Of a stretch of DNA of 64,000 nucleotides, positions 18,508-28,401 are shown one piece after another. The notes under the pieces were generated by a model. The model was not told where the DNA came from and ran no database searches. It was given only the letters and a program-made list of their open reading frames with translations. The first letter of the stretch is position 1. Every line of letters begins with the position of its first letter. Made by a program: the position numbers and the translations under genes. Source of the stretch: Acutalibacteraceae bacterium (GTDB taxonomy: Bacteria > Bacillota > Clostridia > Oscillospirales > Acutalibacteraceae); NCBI GenBank assembly GCA_045646545.1, contig JAZRKV010000031.1, forward strand, positions 7,707 through 71,706. The letters are read 5' to 3'.

Positions 18508-19488
18508 TTAGTTTATTTTCACCTGCTGATACACAATACCCTCTCTTTCGTGAGTGTATGTAATGTGAAGAATATCTCCTTGAGCCACAATTGCAGGATA
18601 ACTGAATTCGTGGTCACCTGTTGTAGCCTCACAAGTGAAAAATTCTTTGAATGTTTCACCGCCATCTTCAGAATACATTAAAATAAGCGGTGCTCTGTCA
18701 CCCCAACATTCAAATATGGGGTTCATAATAAGTACAAGTCTGCCATCATCAAGAGTTACAACGTCTATTCCACTATTTGGGTTACCCATTGGTGTTTCAT
18801 ATGCTTTGCACCAGGTCATACCGCCATCTGTACTATCACTTTTATAAATGTGACCCATATTTGTTCTGATAAGCATATGCAAACCTGATTCATTTTCCCA
18901 CAAAGTCGGTTGAATCATATTGACAGTTTTGCCATCTTTTTTTGGTCTACGAACAAATTTTGAGTGAGTAAAAGTTTTACCATCATCTTTAGAAATATCC
19001 ACAAAGCATTTCCATGATTTTCTTAATGATTCCTTAGATGCAGGGGCAACAACAGTACCATCTGCAAGGCGGATTGCCTTGTTTTTTACAGGACCTCTAC
19101 CACCATCATTATCACCAGGAACAAGAATTTCAGGTTTTGAAAAAGTCTTGCCTCCATCCTTAGAAACTGAATAATATGTAACCCAATTAGGAATTGGTTT
19201 TCCATATTTAAAATAAAGAACTATTTCTCCGTTTTCTTTTAAAAACAAAACAGGATTCCAATGAGGAAGTGCCTCACCATCAACACAAATACTGTAAGGC
19301 TCTGCCCATTTGCCGTTTTCACGTACACTTACCCATATCTTAACGTCATCGTTACCTTCTTTTGTTCCACCAAACCAGGATGCAACAACTGTGCCGTCTG
19401 CAAGTGGCAAAACTGTTGATGCATGGCAACTATCCGTAACACTTTTAGGCGGATAAATAAATTCATTAACTAACATTTGACCTTTCAT
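18508..19488 (-). CDS. BNR/Asp-box repeat protein, sialidase-like beta-propeller, no signal peptide
   Basis: Four Asp-boxes are present: SKDGGKTF, SKDDGKTF, STDGGMTW, SEDGGETF. Confidence 0.7.
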   Translation of the reverse strand: MKGQMLVNEFIYPPKSVTDSCHASTVLPLADGTVVASWFGGTKEGNDDVKIWVSVRENGKWAEPYSICVDGEALPHWNPVLFLKENGEIVLYFKYGKPIPNWVTYYSVSKDGGKTFSKPEILVPGDNDGGRGPVKNKAIRLADGTVVAPASKESLRKSWKCFVDISKDDGKTFTHSKFVRRPKKDGKTVNMIQPTLWENESGLHMLIRTNMGHIYKSDSTDGGMTWCKAYETPMGNPNSGIDVVTLDDGRLVLIMNPIFECWGDRAPLILMYSEDGGETFKEFFTCEATTGDHEFSYPAIVAQGDILHITYTHEREGIVYQQVKIN

Positions 19489-20825
19489 TTTTCCTCATCC
19501 TTTTCATCCATATAATCAAAGGCGTTCCAAGCACCTTCGTCTTTTTTAGGTTTATCATCAAGCCCGATATCCATAACCTTAACAGGCTTCATACCTACAT
19601 TTGTTTTGTTAATCTTGTCTTGTTTTTCAACGATATAAAGCTGATTCGCAAATAAATCTGCCGTCGTTTTAGTAAATGTGGGAAAACCGTCCTGCGTTTT
19701 CAGCTTTTTGTAAATCTTATAATTAAGAATATAACGCAACAAGCCAACAAGCATTTTAAAATTGACAATATATGCTACCAAAAGTGCAATCACTGATATC
19801 ATATTATTCATAAACGACGTCGTATATAATATAGCAAAAATCATAGTTATAGGTGCGTACCATTTGCCCATTTTCATCTGATTCACGCCAAGAACAAACA
19901 CAAAAACAATTAAATAATTAAGCATACCCATAACGGAACCTAAATTTGCCGCCATAACGGAAAGCATAAGAATAAACACAAAAATGCTAAATCCGTTTTC
20001 CACCATTTCAAGATTCTGACGCCATTTTGCCATAAGTATGTGTTTTTCACTATAATCATTATTTTCCAGGTCGCTATGTGCAAAAACAAGCTCAAAATCA
20101 CCTATGAACACGCCACCCTTGACTGCAGCCTTTTCTTTTTCCTGTTCAACAAGCCTTTGCTTTTCGGCAAAGATTAATTTTCCGTCTGTGCCTATATTCA
20201 TTTCAAGAGGCTTTTGTTTTGATTTAACAACAGTATCGTGATAACGCTCTGTTGCCTCTTTTGTGATATCTTCTTCTGTATTGAAAGGATTGTATGAAAC
20301 TTCTGTTTTATTTTCATACATGGTTTTTTCTTTATCGTGAATATACAACTTTTTGCCGTATAAATCCGCACTGTTTACAATGAAAGATGGAAATCCTTCA
20401 CTGTTTTCCAATTCTTTAAAAACGCTTTTAAAATTATATAAACATCTATACGCAAAGAAAAAAGGAATTGCACCTACCACTGCAACAACACACAAAACAA
20501 TAAAAATTTTTATATGTGTTATTTCCTCAACAAAAAACCTGCTGCAACTAAGAAAAAAAGCAATAACCGTAGCAAGAAAGCCAACAAATTTCCATTCTCT
20601 GCAAGCAAAATACGCTATAATATAAATTGCTGCACTGCCGAAATTTATATAGAAAAACTCATCCCGTAAAAGCCACAAGGCAATTGCACAAACAAAACAC
20701 GTAACCGCACCCAAAACAGAAAACGTAGATGCTCTGTTACTTGTTTCACGCCAATCTACCATCATTGCCTTTTTCTGATTAAAATCCGCCTCGGGAACAT
20801 AAGCAATCTCCATACTGAGCTTCAT
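19485..20825 (-). CDS. hypothetical polytopic membrane protein with internal duplication
   Basis: Two TM bundles are each followed by a similar soluble segment (GFPSFIVNSADLYGKKLYI versus GFPTFTKTTADLFANQLYI). The stop overlaps the start of the BNR gene. Confidence 0.6.
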   Translation of the reverse strand: MKLSMEIAYVPEADFNQKKAMMVDWRETSNRASTFSVLGAVTCFVCAIALWLLRDEFFYINFGSAAIYIIAYFACREWKFVGFLATVIAFFLSCSRFFVEEITHIKIFIVLCVVAVVGAIPFFFAYRCLYNFKSVFKELENSEGFPSFIVNSADLYGKKLYIHDKEKTMYENKTEVSYNPFNTEEDITKEATERYHDTVVKSKQKPLEMNIGTDGKLIFAEKQRLVEQEKEKAAVKGGVFIGDFELVFAHSDLENNDYSEKHILMAKWRQNLEMVENGFSIFVFILMLSVMAANLGSVMGMLNYLIVFVFVLGVNQMKMGKWYAPITMIFAILYTTSFMNNMISVIALLVAYIVNFKMLVGLLRYILNYKIYKKLKTQDGFPTFTKTTADLFANQLYIVEKQDKINKTNVGMKPVKVMDIGLDDKPKKDEGAWNAFDYMDEKDEEK

Positions 20826-20870
20826 TTTACCACCTCAACATTATGATTCGTGATTAAAACTCTTTTTAAA

Positions 20871-21536
20871 TCAATAACCTTGACCTTGCTCCTTTTTAGC
20901 AATTGAAACAATTCTGCTTGTACCAAGTCTTTCTGCACCAAGTGAAAGGAATTTTTCTGCATCATCAAGGGATGCTATACCACCAGCCGCTTTCATCTTC
21001 ACATTGGCACCTATATTTTCGGAAAAAAGTTTAATATCATCAAAAGTTGCACCTGCAACAGAAAAACCTGTTGAAGTTTTTATATAGTCTGCCCCTGCCT
21101 GTGTTACAATTTCGCACATTTTGATTTTTTCCTCATCAGTCAAAAGGCAAGTTTCTATAATAACTTTAAGAACCTTTTCGCCACAAGCATTTTTAATTTC
21201 TTTAATCTCATTAAGTAAAAGGTCGTATTTCTTATCTTTTAACCAGCCGATATTAATAACCATATCAATTTCGTCTGCACCGTTCATTATTGCATCCTTG
21301 GTTTCAAAAACCTTAACTGCTGTTGTATTGTAACCATTTGGAAAACCAATAACCGTACATATTTTTACTTTACCTTTACAATAATCAGCACATTCTTTAA
21401 CATAAGACGGTGGTATGCAGATACTTGCAGTACCGAAATTCATACCATCATCGCAAATCACTTTAATCTGCTCCCAGGTAGATTCCTGTTTTAAAAGTGT
21501 ATGGTCAACATGACCTAAAATTCCCTTAAGCTCCAT
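20871..21536 (-). CDS. deoC: deoxyribose-phosphate aldolase
   Basis: DHTLLK.., IKTSTGF (Schiff-base Lys region) and a length of 221 aa. Confidence 0.9.
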   Translation of the reverse strand: MELKGILGHVDHTLLKQESTWEQIKVICDDGMNFGTASICIPPSYVKECADYCKGKVKICTVIGFPNGYNTTAVKVFETKDAIMNGADEIDMVINIGWLKDKKYDLLLNEIKEIKNACGEKVLKVIIETCLLTDEEKIKMCEIVTQAGADYIKTSTGFSVAGATFDDIKLFSENIGANVKMKAAGGIASLDDAEKFLSLGAERLGTSRIVSIAKKEQGQGY

Positions 21537-21720
21537 ATTATGCCTTCTTTCATGTCCAATTCAATTTTCGGGACGTTCTTTTATATATTGTAGCATTTTT
21601 ATCTAAAAAGGTAAACAGTATTATCAAATAATCATACTATTTAATAATTGATTTAAATGTTTTCTTGTGTTATTATTTAAAATGTAGTTTTATGCGATTT
21701 TATTTTAATTATATATAAAG

Positions 21721-22788
21721 GTGATTTTTTTGAAAAATTTACTTGTTATTTTCGGCGGATGCTCCAGTGAACACGAGGTTTCATTACGCTCTTGTGCATC
21801 AGTTCTCAGAAACATTGACAAAAACAAATATAACGTAATTACCTTAGGCATTACAAAAGATGGTAAGTGGTTACGTTATTCAGGAGATATTGACAGTATC
21901 GAAAACGGCTCCTGGGTTAATTCCTCATATGTTTCTCCCGCCGTTATTTCACCCGATAGAAATGATAAAGCTCTCCTCATTTTTAACGATTCCGGCGTTG
22001 AAAAAATTAAAATAGATGTTATTTTCCCTGTTCTTCACGGTAAAAATGGTGAAGACGGCACAATACAAGGTCTTTTTGACCTTGCAGGAATACCTTATGT
22101 TGGTTGCGGACTTCTTGCAAGCGGTATGTGTATGGATAAAGCCATCACAAACACACTTGCAGACGCAGCGGGAATAGCAGGTGCAAAATGGTCTGCGTTT
22201 ACAAAAACAGAATATTACAGCGGTAACATTGACCTTGAACCTATTGTTGAAAAATTAGGATTTCCGATTTTTGTTAAACCTGCGAATGCAGGTTCTTCCG
22301 TAGGAATTTCCAAAGCACACGATATGGCAGAATTAAAGGTTGCACTTAATGTCGCTTTCGAAAACGACTACAAAGCAGTTCTTGAAGAAACTCTTATTGG
22401 CAGAGAAATTGAATGTGCAGTTATGGGTAACTCCGAACCAATTGCTTCCTGTATTGGTGAAATTCTTCCCACTGCAGAATTTTATGATTACGAAGCAAAA
22501 TACATAGATAATTCAACAGGTCTTGCAATCCCTGCAGATTTACCTGAAGAAGTAAGCGAAAAAGTCCGAAAGGCGGCTATCCACGCATACAAAACAATGG
22601 GTTGCGAGGGATGTTCAAGAGTCGACTTTTTCTTAAGTGAAGACGGCACTTGTTACCTTAACGAAATAAACACTTTACCGGGCTTCACATCAATTTCTAT
22701 GTTCCCTAAACTTTTCGGTCAGGTTGGTATTGAATATTCTGACCTTATAGACAAACTTATTGAGTACGCTGAGGAACGAAGCAAATGA
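21721..22788 (+). CDS. ddl: D-alanine--D-alanine ligase
   Basis: VIFGG.SSEHEVS, HG..GEDG..QG and an ATP-grasp C-terminus. The true start may be TTG 21730, which follows AAAGGTGA. Confidence 0.9.
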   Translation: MIFLKNLLVIFGGCSSEHEVSLRSCASVLRNIDKNKYNVITLGITKDGKWLRYSGDIDSIENGSWVNSSYVSPAVISPDRNDKALLIFNDSGVEKIKIDVIFPVLHGKNGEDGTIQGLFDLAGIPYVGCGLLASGMCMDKAITNTLADAAGIAGAKWSAFTKTEYYSGNIDLEPIVEKLGFPIFVKPANAGSSVGISKAHDMAELKVALNVAFENDYKAVLEETLIGREIECAVMGNSEPIASCIGEILPTAEFYDYEAKYIDNSTGLAIPADLPEEVSEKVRKAAIHAYKTMGCEGCSRVDFFLSEDGTCYLNEINTLPGFTSISMFPKLFGQVGIEYSDLIDKLIEYAEERSK

Positions 22789-23201
22789 GAAAAGTTGAAA
22801 TAGAATTTGTCAGTGAACAACAATATCACGACGATAGAGAAAGCAGTAAGCTCAAAGCTCCAGGCACATTACAGGAAATCAATGGTATCAAAACCATTTC
22901 CTACACCGAGCCTGATAACGAAATGGGCAAATGTGAAACTGTTGTGAAAATAATTAATAACAATTTCATTGAAATGAGCAGAAAAGGTGTTTACGAAACC
23001 ACTTTCCTAATTGAAGAGGGCAAAACCCATTCCTGTGTTTACAGAACTCCTTTTGGTGAAATGGAAATGGATATTGTTGCCCGTAGAGTTAATGTTCAGA
23101 TTCCCGATGTTTCAGGCAAAATTCTTCTTTGCTATACGCTGCAAAGCAATGGCGAAATTATTGGCGAAAACAATCTTTTAATGAAAATAAATGAGGTTTG
23201 A
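22785..23201 (+). CDS. DUF1934 (YwiB-like) protein
   Basis: A small beta-rich protein immediately upstream of argS, as in Bacillus ywiB-argS. Its start and stop overlap the neighbouring genes. Confidence 0.7.
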   Translation: MRKVEIEFVSEQQYHDDRESSKLKAPGTLQEINGIKTISYTEPDNEMGKCETVVKIINNNFIEMSRKGVYETTFLIEEGKTHSCVYRTPFGEMEMDIVARRVNVQIPDVSGKILLCYTLQSNGEIIGENNLLMKINEV

Positions 23202-23203
23202 TT

Positions 23204-24949
23204 ATGTCTAAATTAGTAAAAAAAGCCGAAGAACAAATTATCAGCGCAGTAACAGAAGCAATAAACAAAAATATTGCTGAAGGTGTTTTTATTGAAGCAG
23301 AAATTCCTGACTTTAAAACAGAAATCCCTGCCGACAGAAATAACGGTGATTATTCTGCGAATGCTGCATTTATGCTTTCAAAAGCTCTTAGAATGCCACC
23401 TCGAAAAATTGCAGAAGAAATTCTTAATAAAATAAACCTGGATAACACATATTTCAAGGAATGTGCAGTTGCAGGTCCCGGTTTTATTAATTTCTATCTT
23501 AAACAAGACTTTTTTGCAGATATTCTTCTTGATGTGGAAGATTGTGGCGATGCGTATGGTAAAAGTGACTTTGGCAACGGCAAAAAAATCAACGTAGAAT
23601 TTGTTTCTGCAAACCCAACAGGCCCAATGCATATGGGTAATGCCCGTGGCGGTGCCCTTGGCGATTGCCTTGCAGCCGTGCTTGAATGGGCAGGCTATGA
23701 AGTAGAAAGAGAATTCTATGTAAACGATGCAGGTAACCAGATAGATAAATTTGCACTTTCACTTGATATCAGATACCAACAGATTATTAATGGTGAAGAT
23801 AGTATTGAGTTACCTGAAGACAGCTACCACGGCGACGATATCCGCGTGCTTGCACAAAAATATATTGATGAATTGGGTACAGGTCTTTTGGATGTTTCTG
23901 AAGAAGAAAGAAGAAAGGCTCTTGTTGAATACGCCCTTCCCCAAAATATTGCAACAATGAAAGCCGCTATGGCAAAATACAGAATTGACTACAACACATG
24001 GTTTTCTGAGCTTACTCTCCATAACGGCGGTGAGCTTAAAGAAACAATTGATATTCTTACAAAAAATGGCTACACCTACGAAAAAGAAGGTGCCCTTTGG
24101 TACAAGAACATTGAAGTTCAGACAAACATCTTAAAGTCACAAGGCAAATCACAAGAATATATCGATAATCTTGAGCTTAAAGATGATGTTCTTATCCGTC
24201 AGAACGGTAACCCTACTTACTTTGCAGCAGATATCGCTTACCACAGAAACAAATTGGAAAAACGTAATTTCAATAAAGCAATTGACGTTTGGGGTGCAGA
24301 CCATCACGGCCACGTAGCACGTATGAAAGGTGCTATGGAAGCAGTTGGCATTGACGGCGACAGATTAGATGTTGTTCTTATGCAGCTTGTTAACCTTATG
24401 AAAGATGGCAAACCTGTTAAAATGAGTAAAAGAACAGGTAAAGCAATCACTCTTGTTGACCTTCTTGATGAAGTGCCGATTGATGCAGTACGTTTCCTCT
24501 TTAACATGAGAGAAGCAGGCTCCGCAATGGACTTTGATTTAGGACTTGCTATTGAACAATCTAACCAGAATCCTGTTTATTACTGTCAGTATGCACATGC
24601 AAGAATCTGCAGTATCCTTAAAAAACTCACAAATGAAGGTGTTGTTTCAAGAACACCTTCAAAGGATGAGCTTCTTCTCCTTACAAGCGACGAAGAAACA
24701 GACCTTATTGCACACTTAGGTTCACTTACAGGTGTTATTGTTAACGCGGCAAAAACCTATGACCCTGCAAAAATTACTCATTATGCAACAGACCTTGCAA
24801 CAAAATTCCATCGTTTCTACAACGCACAGAGAGTTATGGTGGATGATGAAGCTCTTATGCAAGCAAGAATTTTCCTTTGTAACTGTGTACGCAACACAAT
24901 GAGAAACGTACTTTCAATGCTCAAAATTGAAACACCTGAATCAATGTAA
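23204..24949 (+). CDS. argS: arginine--tRNA ligase
   Basis: SANPTGPMHMGNARG (HIGH region), the KMSKR-type motif MSKRTGK and a DALR anticodon-binding C-terminus. ATG 23204 follows GAGG. Confidence 0.95.
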   Translation: MSKLVKKAEEQIISAVTEAINKNIAEGVFIEAEIPDFKTEIPADRNNGDYSANAAFMLSKALRMPPRKIAEEILNKINLDNTYFKECAVAGPGFINFYLKQDFFADILLDVEDCGDAYGKSDFGNGKKINVEFVSANPTGPMHMGNARGGALGDCLAAVLEWAGYEVEREFYVNDAGNQIDKFALSLDIRYQQIINGEDSIELPEDSYHGDDIRVLAQKYIDELGTGLLDVSEEERRKALVEYALPQNIATMKAAMAKYRIDYNTWFSELTLHNGGELKETIDILTKNGYTYEKEGALWYKNIEVQTNILKSQGKSQEYIDNLELKDDVLIRQNGNPTYFAADIAYHRNKLEKRNFNKAIDVWGADHHGHVARMKGAMEAVGIDGDRLDVVLMQLVNLMKDGKPVKMSKRTGKAITLVDLLDEVPIDAVRFLFNMREAGSAMDFDLGLAIEQSNQNPVYYCQYAHARICSILKKLTNEGVVSRTPSKDELLLLTSDEETDLIAHLGSLTGVIVNAAKTYDPAKITHYATDLATKFHRFYNAQRVMVDDEALMQARIFLCNCVRNTMRNVLSMLKIETPESM

Positions 24950-24958
24950 ACAAAAGTT

Positions 24959-24999
24959 AAACCCCGATGAACTCAAAAAGTTCATCGGGGTCTGTTATT
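24959..24999 (+). terminator. rho-independent terminator
   Basis: ACCCCGATGAAC / GTTCATCGGGGT 12-bp stem. Confidence 0.75.
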
Positions 25000-25091
25000 T
25001 ATAACACTCATAAACATTGCATTATAAATGCAACTCTGTTCCCAAATTTCGAATTTCTTTCGGAGTATACGCCAAAACCACTGCCTTTTTT

Positions 25092-25196
25092 ATTAAACTG
25101 TCAGTTTGGATGCAGACGATAGTTTTATTGAGCGACACTGTATGAAGATACTGCGAGTGAAATAAAACAGAGTATGCGCCAAAATCACAGTTTAAT
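25092..25196. repeat. solo copy of the roughly 105-bp inverted-repeat element also found in the 43915-44333 array (MITE-like)
   Basis: Terminal inverted repeats (TIRs) are ATTAAACTGTCAGTTTGG (25092-25109) and CCAAAATCACAGTTTAAT (25179-25196), matching 16/18. The core GAGCGACACTGTATGAAGATACTGCGAGTGAAATAAAAC closely matches the array units. Confidence 0.5.
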
Positions 25197-26114
25197 AGGG
25201 TTTGTCCAGGCACGTTTTCCGTCTTTATCTATTACTGTTGCACGGATATACGGGTAAGGTCTGTTGCCCTTTGTACTTACACTTGCGTGAGTAAGCAATT
25301 CACCATCTGTTGCATCAAAGCGTTTTGCAGGATGCTTATCACATTGAAAAAGAATAGTTTTGCAACCCTCTACCTCTATGTGCGCCTCACCTTCATCATC
25401 AACGTAAAAATCTTTGATTACAGGACCGCAAGATGAATAAAATGCACCTTTTTCCAAAGCGGAAAGAATAGATTTTACGTTGTTTTGGGCATTAACCATT
25501 ACCCAACCACAACAATGTTGATACATTGCGTGACCGTCATCGGTAGCAACTGCAAAAAGTTTCTTGCCCTGACCTAAAATTTCATCCCAATACATACCGT
25601 TATCGGTATCCATATCATTTTCAATAGCACAACCGCTATTCCATATTTCGAAAGCAAAGTTCCCTTTTAAATCATCAAAATATCTTACAGGAGTTGAACT
25701 CCATTGAGGATGGCAATATATTGTAAGGTTGTTTTTTTCGTGACCTTCATCAAGGTATTTCTGGAATTCATACTGGTCTTTAGCAGTTCCTGAAGGCATT
25801 TCTTCATCCTGAGCATAGCCGTTTGTTTCATCATCAGGACCAATAAAAACCTGATGAAAGCATCTGAAACCATTTTCTCTGTCAAATGTGTTGTCAAATT
25901 CCATACCAGGAATAATTGTTATATCAACATCTTCAGCAAAGTTTTTATAATTGTATATCCTGTGGTCTGTAAGTGCCAGAAAATCATAATTATTCTTTTT
26001 ATGAAGACGTATAACCTCTTCAGGCGTTCCGTCACCATCAGAACGAGTTGTGTGACAATGAAGACCGCCCTTGAGCATTTTATTATTTTCTATAAAAGCT
26101 TCTTGTCTTTTCAT
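25185..26114 (-). CDS. PHP-domain metallophosphoesterase
   Basis: GGLHCHTTRSDG..FLALTDH is typical of the PHP N-terminus. ATG 26114 follows GGTGA. The track ORF extends to TTG 26126. Confidence 0.7.
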   Translation of the reverse strand: MKRQEAFIENNKMLKGGLHCHTTRSDGDGTPEEVIRLHKKNNYDFLALTDHRIYNYKNFAEDVDITIIPGMEFDNTFDRENGFRCFHQVFIGPDDETNGYAQDEEMPSGTAKDQYEFQKYLDEGHEKNNLTIYCHPQWSSTPVRYFDDLKGNFAFEIWNSGCAIENDMDTDNGMYWDEILGQGKKLFAVATDDGHAMYQHCCGWVMVNAQNNVKSILSALEKGAFYSSCGPVIKDFYVDDEGEAHIEVEGCKTILFQCDKHPAKRFDATDGELLTHASVSTKGNRPYPYIRATVIDKDGKRAWTNPIKL

Positions 26115-26126
26115 ATAAATCACCAA

Positions 26127-27362
26127 TTATTCTGCAGTTTTTCTTTTTACAATCCATGCGTTAGGCAAATATCTGCCTGTGGGCATATCGGTTGACGGTT
26201 TGTTAATAAGTTCACCGTTATAGCCTATTGTTGATGATGAGCCACCGTCACATGCCGCCGCAGTAACTGCACCATATTCAAGAAGAATATCTGCACAGTC
26301 CTCCATTGTTGCACCAAGTGAATCGGCACGTCTGCCATCTGCAACAAGCATAAGCACTGTTCCGTTTTCACATTGACCCATTGTTGTTCGCGGTTGTAAT
26401 CCCCAACCTGCAGAATCCTCAACAACTTTTTTACCGTTAAGGATAAGTGTCGGTCTGTATTGCATACCATCACGGATATTATACTGCTCCCAGTTATCCG
26501 TACCGCCTACAACAAGTCGGTCATCCGTATCAAATCCCAAAAGTGTATATTTGGATTTATAAGTGCCCCAATATTCACCGCCCGAAACACACATACCCGA
26601 AACTTGTCCGCCAAGGCTGACTCCGCCTGTATCAATAAAACCTGAAGCATTAACGGCAACTATTGCATTTTCTTTTTCAAGATAATCGCAAATAAACTCC
26701 CCTCTTGTTCCCTTGTAATCCGTAACCGCCAAAGAAACTCTTGACGGGTCATCTACAATTACAAGTTTACCCTTAAAGGTTTCTTTTTTAATATCAAGAA
26801 TCACAACGCCTTCTTCAACGTTATTTGCAAAAACAATATTACCGTGAGAATCAGGCTCACCTTCTACAAGTACCTCTGCATCAATAACATCACCAAAAGG
26901 TTTTTCCTGTTTCTGCGGTTTTTTTATTTCTGTTATGCCCATATCTTTTATATCTACCTGACGGGACATAACGTCTTCAATTAACCATTCAGGGAAAAAA
27001 CTTGTTGCAAGCCATTTATGTTGATCAGTTGTCATAGCAGTTTCAATCCAGATATTACGCCACTTAACAAGGAACGGAATGTTTCCGTGTATCAACACAC
27101 AATAAAAAGAGGACGTTACAAAAAGAGTGATGGAAATGATTAATGCAAGAATAGATGTTACCCTTAACTTTTTGCCTTGCCTTTTTGCTTCTTTTTTATC
27201 TAACTTTTTTTGTAATTTAGCATCCTTTTTATCGTCTTTTTCTTGCCTTTTTGCCTGTTTTTCTTCTTTTTTGCTTTCTTTTGATTTGTATGGATGAATT
27301 TCACTTACACCGTCGTTAAGCCTATCTAAATCTATACGCTCTTCTTCTGTTTTTTCTACCAT
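26127..27362 (-). CDS. phosphodiester glycosidase family (DUF2233) protein, membrane anchored, Lys-rich N-terminus
   Basis: NASGFIDTGG and QPRTTMGQ..LVADGRR..ACDGGSSST motifs, with one TM after a KKxxK-rich region. Confidence 0.7.
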   Translation of the reverse strand: MVEKTEEERIDLDRLNDGVSEIHPYKSKESKKEEKQAKRQEKDDKKDAKLQKKLDKKEAKRQGKKLRVTSILALIISITLFVTSSFYCVLIHGNIPFLVKWRNIWIETAMTTDQHKWLATSFFPEWLIEDVMSRQVDIKDMGITEIKKPQKQEKPFGDVIDAEVLVEGEPDSHGNIVFANNVEEGVVILDIKKETFKGKLVIVDDPSRVSLAVTDYKGTRGEFICDYLEKENAIVAVNASGFIDTGGVSLGGQVSGMCVSGGEYWGTYKSKYTLLGFDTDDRLVVGGTDNWEQYNIRDGMQYRPTLILNGKKVVEDSAGWGLQPRTTMGQCENGTVLMLVADGRRADSLGATMEDCADILLEYGAVTAAACDGGSSSTIGYNGELINKPSTDMPTGRYLPNAWIVKRKTAE

Positions 27363-27438
27363 ACAATCACCCCTTTTTCACCACTTAATATAGCACAAAA
27401 TTGACGGTAAATATATAATTTATCGTCAATTTCTTTTT

Positions 27439-28341
27439 TTATTTATTATCAATATATCTGCATGCCGCAAGAGCCGCAACTGCACCGTCAGCAGACGCAG
27501 TTGTAATCTGACGGATACTCTTCTGACGGCAATCACCCGCTACAAAAATACCTTGTGTTTTTGTTAAGCAATTTTCACCTGAGCCAAAATATCCGTTTTC
27601 ATCAAGTGCCGCAACTTCTGCAAAAGCAGAGTTTTTAGGCTCAAGACCGATAGCCACAAAAAGACCATCAAGTGAAATTTCCTTTTCACCTGAAACTGTG
27701 TTAAGTACAACACTCTCAAGCTCTGTTTCACCTTTAAGCTCTTTAACCGTAACCTCAGTTATAAGCTCAACATTCTGTTTATTTGAAAGAATTTCAAGAA
27801 GCTTCTTTTCTCCTGTGAAAAATGCAAGATTCTGAAAAACGTAAACTTTTTCACAAAGGTCAGAAAGAAGAACAGCTTCCTGAAGGGCAGAGTTACCGCC
27901 ACCAACAACACCTGTAACCTTACCCTTAAAGAATGCACCATCGCAAACGGCACAATAAGAAACACCGTTACCTACAAGTTGATTTTCATTCGGTAAACCC
28001 AATTGCCTATGATGAACACCAACAGCAATAATTACTGCCTGTGCCTCAAAAACCTTATTATCTGCAAAAACAAGTTTTCTGTTACCTTCATCAACTATAC
28101 CCGTTACCTTTTCCATCTCAACGTCTGCACCCATAGAAAGAACCTGGTCAAGAAGCTTATCGGCAAATTCATTACCACTCATTTCAGGTATACCCGGATA
28201 ATTTTCTATCTTTGGTGAAAAGGTTACCTGTCCGCCAAAGGTTGATTGTTCAATAACAAGAACACTTTTACTTGCTCTGAGAGCGTAAAGTGCAGCAGTA
28301 AGACCTGCAGGACCTGCACCAACAACAATTATATCATACAT
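27439..28341 (-). CDS. trxB: thioredoxin-disulfide reductase
   Basis: VVGAGPAGLTAA, redox-active CAVCDG and GGGNSA. Confidence 0.9.
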   Translation of the reverse strand: MYDIIVVGAGPAGLTAALYALRASKSVLVIEQSTFGGQVTFSPKIENYPGIPEMSGNEFADKLLDQVLSMGADVEMEKVTGIVDEGNRKLVFADNKVFEAQAVIIAVGVHHRQLGLPNENQLVGNGVSYCAVCDGAFFKGKVTGVVGGGNSALQEAVLLSDLCEKVYVFQNLAFFTGEKKLLEILSNKQNVELITEVTVKELKGETELESVVLNTVSGEKEISLDGLFVAIGLEPKNSAFAEVAALDENGYFGSGENCLTKTQGIFVAGDCRQKSIRQITTASADGAVAALAACRYIDNK

Positions 28342-28401
28342 AAAATTTCTCTCCTAACGCAATTTACCGTCCATAAGGACGGTAATTTGCTATTAATTCA
28401 A

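Noticed and set aside
25022-25213. 63-aa minus-strand ORF
   Set aside because: It lies entirely within the MITE-like element and the overlapping end of the PHP gene, in another frame, and it has no RBS.
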